The position numbers and the translations under genes were made by a program. From Octopus bimaculoides (Eukaryota), in NCBI RefSeq assembly GCF_001194135.2, contig NC_068982.1, forward strand, positions 131,853,543 to 131,891,535: a DNA stretch of 37,993 nt, in the 5' to 3' direction. The first letter of the stretch is position 1; each line of letters starts with the position of its first letter. The notes under the pieces were generated by a model. The model saw nothing but the letters and a program-made list of their open reading frames with translations, had not been told where the DNA came from and made no database searches. Of this stretch, positions 33,518 through 37,993 are shown in pieces.

Positions 33518-36500
33518 GTGTGTTAGTGTGTCTGTCTGTGTGTGTTTGTTCCCCTACCGCTAGCTGGTTTGCTTATGTCCCGCTACTTACCAGTTCGGCA
33601 AAAGTGACCGATGGAATAAGTACCAGAGTTCGGTTTTAAAAATATATTAAATTCGACATGTTCAACTATAGAAAAGAAAAGATCTGCTTTCAAGGCAGTG
33701 CACCTACATGGCTGCTGTCTAATGACCGAAACGAATGAAAGGTAACAAAGAAAAGATATATAGTCTAGTACTAGTTAAAGGAACACATGGAAGAAATTGT
33801 AAGAGTCATTTCCTCGTACAATGGGATACAATACAAAGAAAATAAGGCAATGGAAACGATTACATGTACAAGGAGCGAGTCTCCAAACATAATGAAAAAA
33901 GGAGGACACCACAACAAAATGGAAAGAATAAAGAAAATAAAAGAATTGTCCATGAGAAAATCAATCAGTTTAATTTAATGGAAAGAATCTTTCAACCTAT
34001 GAATAATGAAAAATATCTGGGGAAAACAGTTAAATACTATCAGGAATTTACAGACGCAAACTTGAACATCACTCTGCTAAATAATGTACAGAAATAACAC
34101 AACTGACTTTTAGTGCTAACATATTCGTGAATATAATGACAAAATTCTTTAACCTTGCGTTAATAATTATATATAAATAGCGCTTTCTTACATTCGTAAT
34201 TAAAATTGCTATCGAATATGTTGAGATTCTGCAATTGTTGCCATATATACAATTGTGAACTCTTGTAAATTATTATCTAAAGTTCAGCAAGATGTCATTA
34301 AAGCTTGCTTTAAAATTGAATTTTATCTTGGTTTATTCTCACTTCAATTTAATTTACTAATCCTCTGGATAGCCACGTACTTTTAACAAATACCAGTTTG
34401 TCTTTATGCTGAATGAAGTTACACACAAATCCTATTTCTTTTCCTAGAGTGTTTTACCTAATAAATTTGAAATTATTGCGGATCTTCATAACGGTCAAGT
34501 AACTAATTCAGCTCATGGTGGTCCTGGATTTCTCCCTTGGCATAGAGTGTATATGATGATGTAAGTAAAGTCTCTTAAAGATCTATTTATTTTCTGGCGT
34601 TTTTATTGTAGAATAGATAGACACTCGGGAACCGAGCTTTTAATCTAGGTTCGGTTCCTGAGTAAAAGATATAAAATATTTGAAAGACACAATGATCATT
34701 TTACTCTTATCTGAAGGCAATAAACCTAATTACCTACAGTGAAAAGTCGAGATTGATTGACTCTGCTTAAAGGGTGAATGTGAAATAAATACGATTTTAA
34801 TAGTGCTAGGCCTTGAGTATTTTTAAGTTAGCAAGCACTCTCCGATAATGGTTTAATAAGAGATTTCACCCGACCAAACATCGGAATACGGATATTGTTG
34901 TGGTGAATAAAAAACAAAGAACATGTATGATAATCGACATAGCATACCCCAGTGACAACAGGAACACTGTGAAAGAAGAAGAAAAAATAAACAACTATGA
35001 CGATTTAAAGTGGGAAATACGAAGGCTGTGGTCAATGAAGAGAGAAGACGTGATACCAGTAGTAACTGGTGCGCTTAGGAGTATCATCACTCAACTATAA
35101 CTACCAACATGGCTGAAAAAGATCGGTGCAAGTGTGAAGGTAGAACACCTACAAAAATCAGCATTGCTTGGAACTGCAAGAATTCTTTGCAGAGTTCTTG
35201 AAGCTTGACCAGTAAAACAAGTGTCACTTTAATCTGCTGGCTGTGGACAGCTGACACTTTCCAACACACCCAGCAATATAAGCTGTGGGTTTCAATACTA
35301 CAACAACAACAACAACAACAACAACATTAATAATAATAATAACAACAACACCAATAATAATAATTATTTTCTTGACCAATTATATAGCAAGTAAATATTT
35401 TTATATATTCAGTGTATGTATATAAAGCAACTTCAAGATTTACACTTTGTGGTTTGTTTAAGGAAGACATTTTTTAAAGAATGAATAGTTTGAAACATTA
35501 TTAATAATAGAATATTTTACAATTTGAATGACATGTGTGTGTTTATTTATTTTTCATGCTTCTTTTTCAGTTGGGAAGAAGCTCTCCGTGAAATGATCCC
35601 ATCCGTCGTCGTACCGTATTGGGATGTTTCCAGAGATAGTGCCTTAGACGACCCAAGACAATCTATTATCTGGAGTTCAACATTCCAGGGTCATTCTGAA
35701 GGATTGGTCACTGACGGTCCCTTTGCAGATTTCCCAACAGCTTTCGGCCCTTTACTCAGAAGCTATGGAGTTTATACTCATCTTCCAGTATTCAGAGATA
35801 TTACTTTAGTTTTTACACAGGATACGCTGGCTCAAATTTCTCAAATTACAGCAGATCATATTCGTTACGTTTTCGAGATTTATCACAATAATATTCATGA
35901 CTGGATTGGTGGCACTGTTTCGATTCAAGCGTGGGCTTCTTTCGATCCAGCGTTTTTACTGATTCATGGTTATGTTGATTATATTTGGCAGCGTTTTCAA
36001 GATAAACAGTTAAGGGATGGTATTAATATCGCAGGGGATTATCCTTTGTTTCATTCTCTGTTGCAAGGGACTGACTTTGAAGCAGACGATCCAATTGGCT
36101 TAATTGAAGGAATGTCCAATGCTGAAGCCGTAGCAGAATCCAACGTTTATAGGAATCTTATTGGCTACGAAGATGCTCAGTTGGAATGCGATCTTCAAAA
36201 TCCTTGTCCATCTCAGTTTTATCAATGTGTGAATAATACCTGCATATCAATGACAAGAGATGTAAATTTATGTAACGCATTGTCTCCGATACAGAATAAC
36301 TACTGCGTCAACAAAAATTGTGACATTGACCAGTTTTCTTTCATCGCAGTTGAAGTCATCCACGAACGTCTCGAAAATGAATGTGATATGGGCAACTTCC
36401 CAGTCAGGCAGCAGGTTGCTGATAAAGCTATGGATATTTATAGAGAAAGTGCATTTCTAATACATCAAAATAAATACACGAATACACCGTCAGATATGTG

Positions 36501-36939
36501 TGGACGTCCGGCAGGTTGTTGTAAGCCAGTTGAAAGAGTTAATATCCAAACAATGGGCAATGACGGCGATTTATGGCTTTACAGAGAATCAGCGTACGTT
36601 GACACACGGTTCGCTGTCAGTCACTCACAAACGTTCGTTGCAATAAGACGGCTCCCGTTTAGTCGTTTTTTTCTCAGTGCAGCTGACGAATATGGTAATC
36701 TGTGTAACACATATCTCATCGACGATAACGGTAATAAAATCCGTTTAGAGAACAATGAAGGTGTAATAGTTTCAGAAGATGATCCTCGAGTAAGAAGAAC
36801 TTTAGCCGAAGCTGAGCTCAATATTTATGAATACGACTCAAATAACAATGAATTTCAACCAACTGTTCGTCATGATCGATATTTGTTTTCGATTTACTGC
36901 AGAGCAAATCGAAACGAATTGAATTCAGGCAGTGAGTGA
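25021..36939 (+). CDS. tyr: Secreted tyrosinase-family (type-3 copper) protein, 622 aa; join(25021..25407,34448..34560,35571..36939)
   Basis: Spliced translation: signal peptide MKCFTLFLLLLSITFKITVA; domain start RIRKEYRMLTDEER; CuA DLH...SAHGGPGFLPWHR; PYWD; CuB FEIYHNNIH...DPAFLLIHGYVD. Exon lengths 387+113+1369=1869 nt, in frame to TGA at 36937-36939. The symbol is family-level only; paralog identity is unknown. Confidence 0.93.
25487..26207. mobile_element. About 720-bp TIR element in tyrosinase intron 1
   Basis: Perfect 17-bp inverted repeat GGGATCTTTTCTGTTTG (25488-25504) / CAAACAGAAAAGATCCC (26190-26206), plus imperfect subterminal GGTGTAT.GGTGT inverted similarity. Confidence 0.7.
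26438..26653 (+). mobile_element. Family A SINE, tail type B, with 17-bp TSD and A tail
   Basis: AATAAATGCTGTATAAT at 26421-26437 and 26654-26670. Confidence 0.9.
26684..27018 (+). mobile_element. Family C SINE, full length
   Basis: A-box TGGCTCAGTGG and B-box GAGTTCGATTC. Body matches the copies at 15210, 3185 and 32229. Confidence 0.88.
27060..27870 (-). pseudogene. Decayed hAT transposase (GTF2IRD2/SPIN/Buster-like) in intron 1
   Basis: FLENEIPLKCMICHTEFITAKSAMHGSHVE keeps the F.E.x6.C.IC.x7.K.x6.H.E spacing. IATIDICSTVTWTKQIAKIFRY keeps the spacing of the LDESTDVTDTAQLAIFIR first-catalytic-Asp motif. Confidence 0.45.
28411..28660. repeat. (TACA)n / (TATG)n tracts
   Basis: Direct reading. 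Confidence 0.9.
29428..29497. repeat. (GATA)n followed by (GA)n
   Basis: Direct reading. Confidence 0.95.
30362..30480. repeat. (TG)n tract
   Basis: Direct reading. Confidence 0.95.
30690..31085. repeat. (GAC/GAT)n and (CAC/CAT/CGT)n trinucleotide fields in opposite orientation
   Basis: Direct reading; source of the poly-D/P/V ORF artefacts. Confidence 0.9.
31648..31813 (-). mobile_element. Family A SINE, 3'-partial
   Basis: GAAAGGTAAAGTCGACCTCGGCAGAATTTGAATTCAGAACGTAAAGACGGACGAAAT. Confidence 0.8.
32229..32503 (+). mobile_element. Family C SINE lacking its tRNA head
   Basis: Matches 26745-27018. Confidence 0.8.
32518..32748 (+). mobile_element. Family A SINE, tail type A
   Basis: Matches 22108-22338. 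Flanks TTTATATATAT on both sides (possible TSD). Confidence 0.88.
32762..32920 (+). mobile_element. Family F tRNA-derived head ending in (TA)n at a gap
   Basis: A-box TGGCTGAGTGG and B-box GGTTCAGTCC, ending CTGAAAGAAGCCCGTC followed by (TA)n. Confidence 0.75.
33298..33750 (+). mobile_element. Two partial family G bodies, each after (TG)n
   Basis: GAGACCAATAGCATAAGTACTAGGCTTGCAAAG...TAAGGCGGTGCTCC and TTTGTTCCCCTACC...GACCGATGGAATAAGTAC. Confidence 0.65.
34448..34560 (+). CDS. tyr: Tyrosinase coding exon 2 (CuA site); not in the ORF track
   Basis: Acceptor TTTCTTTTCCTAG| and donor |GTAAGT (34561). Translates SVLPNKFEIIADLHNGQVTNSAHGGPGFLPWHRVYMM+AT, with His codons at 34487, 34514 and 34541. 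Confidence 0.93.
34860..35365 (+). mobile_element. 5'-truncated R4/Dong-type (RLE) non-LTR retrotransposon in intron 2
   Basis: HRNTDIVVVNKKQRTCMIIDIAYPSD...EEEKINNYDDLKWEIRRLW...VIPVVTGAL...*LPTWLKK...LQKSALLGTARILCRVLEA* (stop at 35206-35208), a short 3'UTR, and a (CAA)n/(TAA)n tail. Confidence 0.85.
35571..36939 (+). CDS. tyr: Tyrosinase coding exon 3 (CuB site and Cys-rich C-terminal region)
   Basis: Acceptor TTCTTTTTCAG| at 35570. Phase 2 completes an Ile codon (AT+T), then WEEALREMIPSVVVPYWD. CuB His codons at 35884, 35896 and 35965; stop TGA. Confidence 0.95.
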
Positions 36940-36946
36940 AACTGAA

Positions 36947-37070
36947 ATTAAACACGAGAATTACAAGTTTAGGCACATTTAAAAATATACAAAATATTTC
37001 TCACACTGGCGTACAGTGACACAGATAGATCCAGACATAAAAACAACACATGCATATATGCATAAATAAA
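36947..37070 (+). promoter_or_regulatory. Candidate polyadenylation signals
   Basis: ATTAAA at 36947 and AATAAA at 37065. The AATAAA is part of an (ATAA)n tract, so this is weak evidence. Confidence 0.3.
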
Positions 37071-37079
37071 TAAATAAAT

Positions 37080-37476
37080 AAATATATATATATATATATN
37101 NNNNNNNNNNNNNNNNNNNNNNNNNNNNNNNNNNNNNNNNNNNNNNNNNNNNNNNNNNNNNNNNNNNNNNNNNNNNNNNNNNNNNNNNNNNNNNNNNNNN
37201 NNNNNNNNNNNNNNNNNNNNNNNNNNNNNNNNNNNNNNNNNNNNNNNNNNNNNNNNNNNNNNNNNNNNNNNNNNNNNNNNNNNNNNNNNNNNNNNNNNNN
37301 NNNNNNNNNNNNNNNNNNNNNNNNNNNNNNNNNNNNNNNNNNNNNNNNNNNNNNNNNNNNNNNNNNNNNNNNNNNNNNNNNNNNNNNNNNNNNNNNNNNN
37401 NNNNNNNNNNNNNNNNNNNNNNNNNNNNNNNNNNNNNNNNNNNNNNNNNNNNNNNNNNNNNNNNNNNNNNNNNNNN

Positions 37477-37554
<78 letters not shown>

Positions 37555-37560
37555 TAAAAC
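37080..37560. other. Assembly gap (N, 37100-37476) between (TA)n and (CA)n
   Basis: Direct reading. Confidence 0.95.
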
Positions 37561-37918
37561 ACATGCTAATACACATATACTAACACAGACGTTAAAACAC
37601 GCTAACACACACATACATGCTCTCACACACACACACACTCACACACTAATACACATATATATGAGAACGTGATTCTTGTTAGGAAATAATTGATCCTATT
37701 CTTGGAATAATTTCTTCCAAGACCTTGAGTTAACATGTTTGGAGAATACTTATTTTGGTCTTAACGGTAATATAGGTAATACGAACACACACAGACGCAC
37801 ACACACACACACGCATACACATACACACGCATACACACTCATACACATACACACGCATGCACGGACACGCGCACGCATGTATACATACATATATACATAT
37901 ATATAAGTATACATATAA

Positions 37919-37972
<54 letters not shown>

Positions 37973-37993
37973 TCACACACACAGACATATATA

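Noticed and set aside
33787-34097. A-rich short ORFs in intron 1
   Set aside because: No recognisable motif or splice support; likely a decayed repeat.
34623-34663. Stem-loop 60 nt into intron 2
   Set aside because: Contains a B-box-like GGTTCGGTTCC and is followed by SINE-like decay, so probably a degenerate tRNA-derived head rather than a dedicated structure.
290-37980. Many ORFs rich in CV/HT/YI/S/K/E/D/P repeats or X runs
   Set aside because: Translations of microsatellites and N gaps; no coding signal.

Overview
AT-rich, microsatellite- and transposon-dense animal genomic DNA with three assembly gaps. The repeat landscape and gene type point to a cephalopod, most likely Octopus; this is inference from recalled repeat families, not a database result. 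One host gene can be reconstructed: a + strand, three-coding-exon, secreted type-3 copper tyrosinase-family gene, join(25021..25407,34448..34560,35571..36939), 622 aa. It has canonical GT-AG introns, phases that join correctly, and all six CuA/CuB histidines. The rest is mostly several tRNA-headed SINE families, decayed LINE fragments (RTE, CR1/L2-group, R4/Dong-type, possibly L1-like), hAT and MITE-like DNA elements, and simple repeats. Almost all other ORFs in the track are microsatellite or antisense artefacts. The most unusual observation is a tRNA-headed SINE-like element (about 1159-1370) whose 3' part carries a minimal type I hammerhead ribozyme motif of the kind known from Penelope-like elements. 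Other notable points are modular SINE tail swapping, a templated inverted duplication inside a SINE, and a TIR family carrying telomere-like repeats. All alignments were done by eye and repeat boundaries are approximate.
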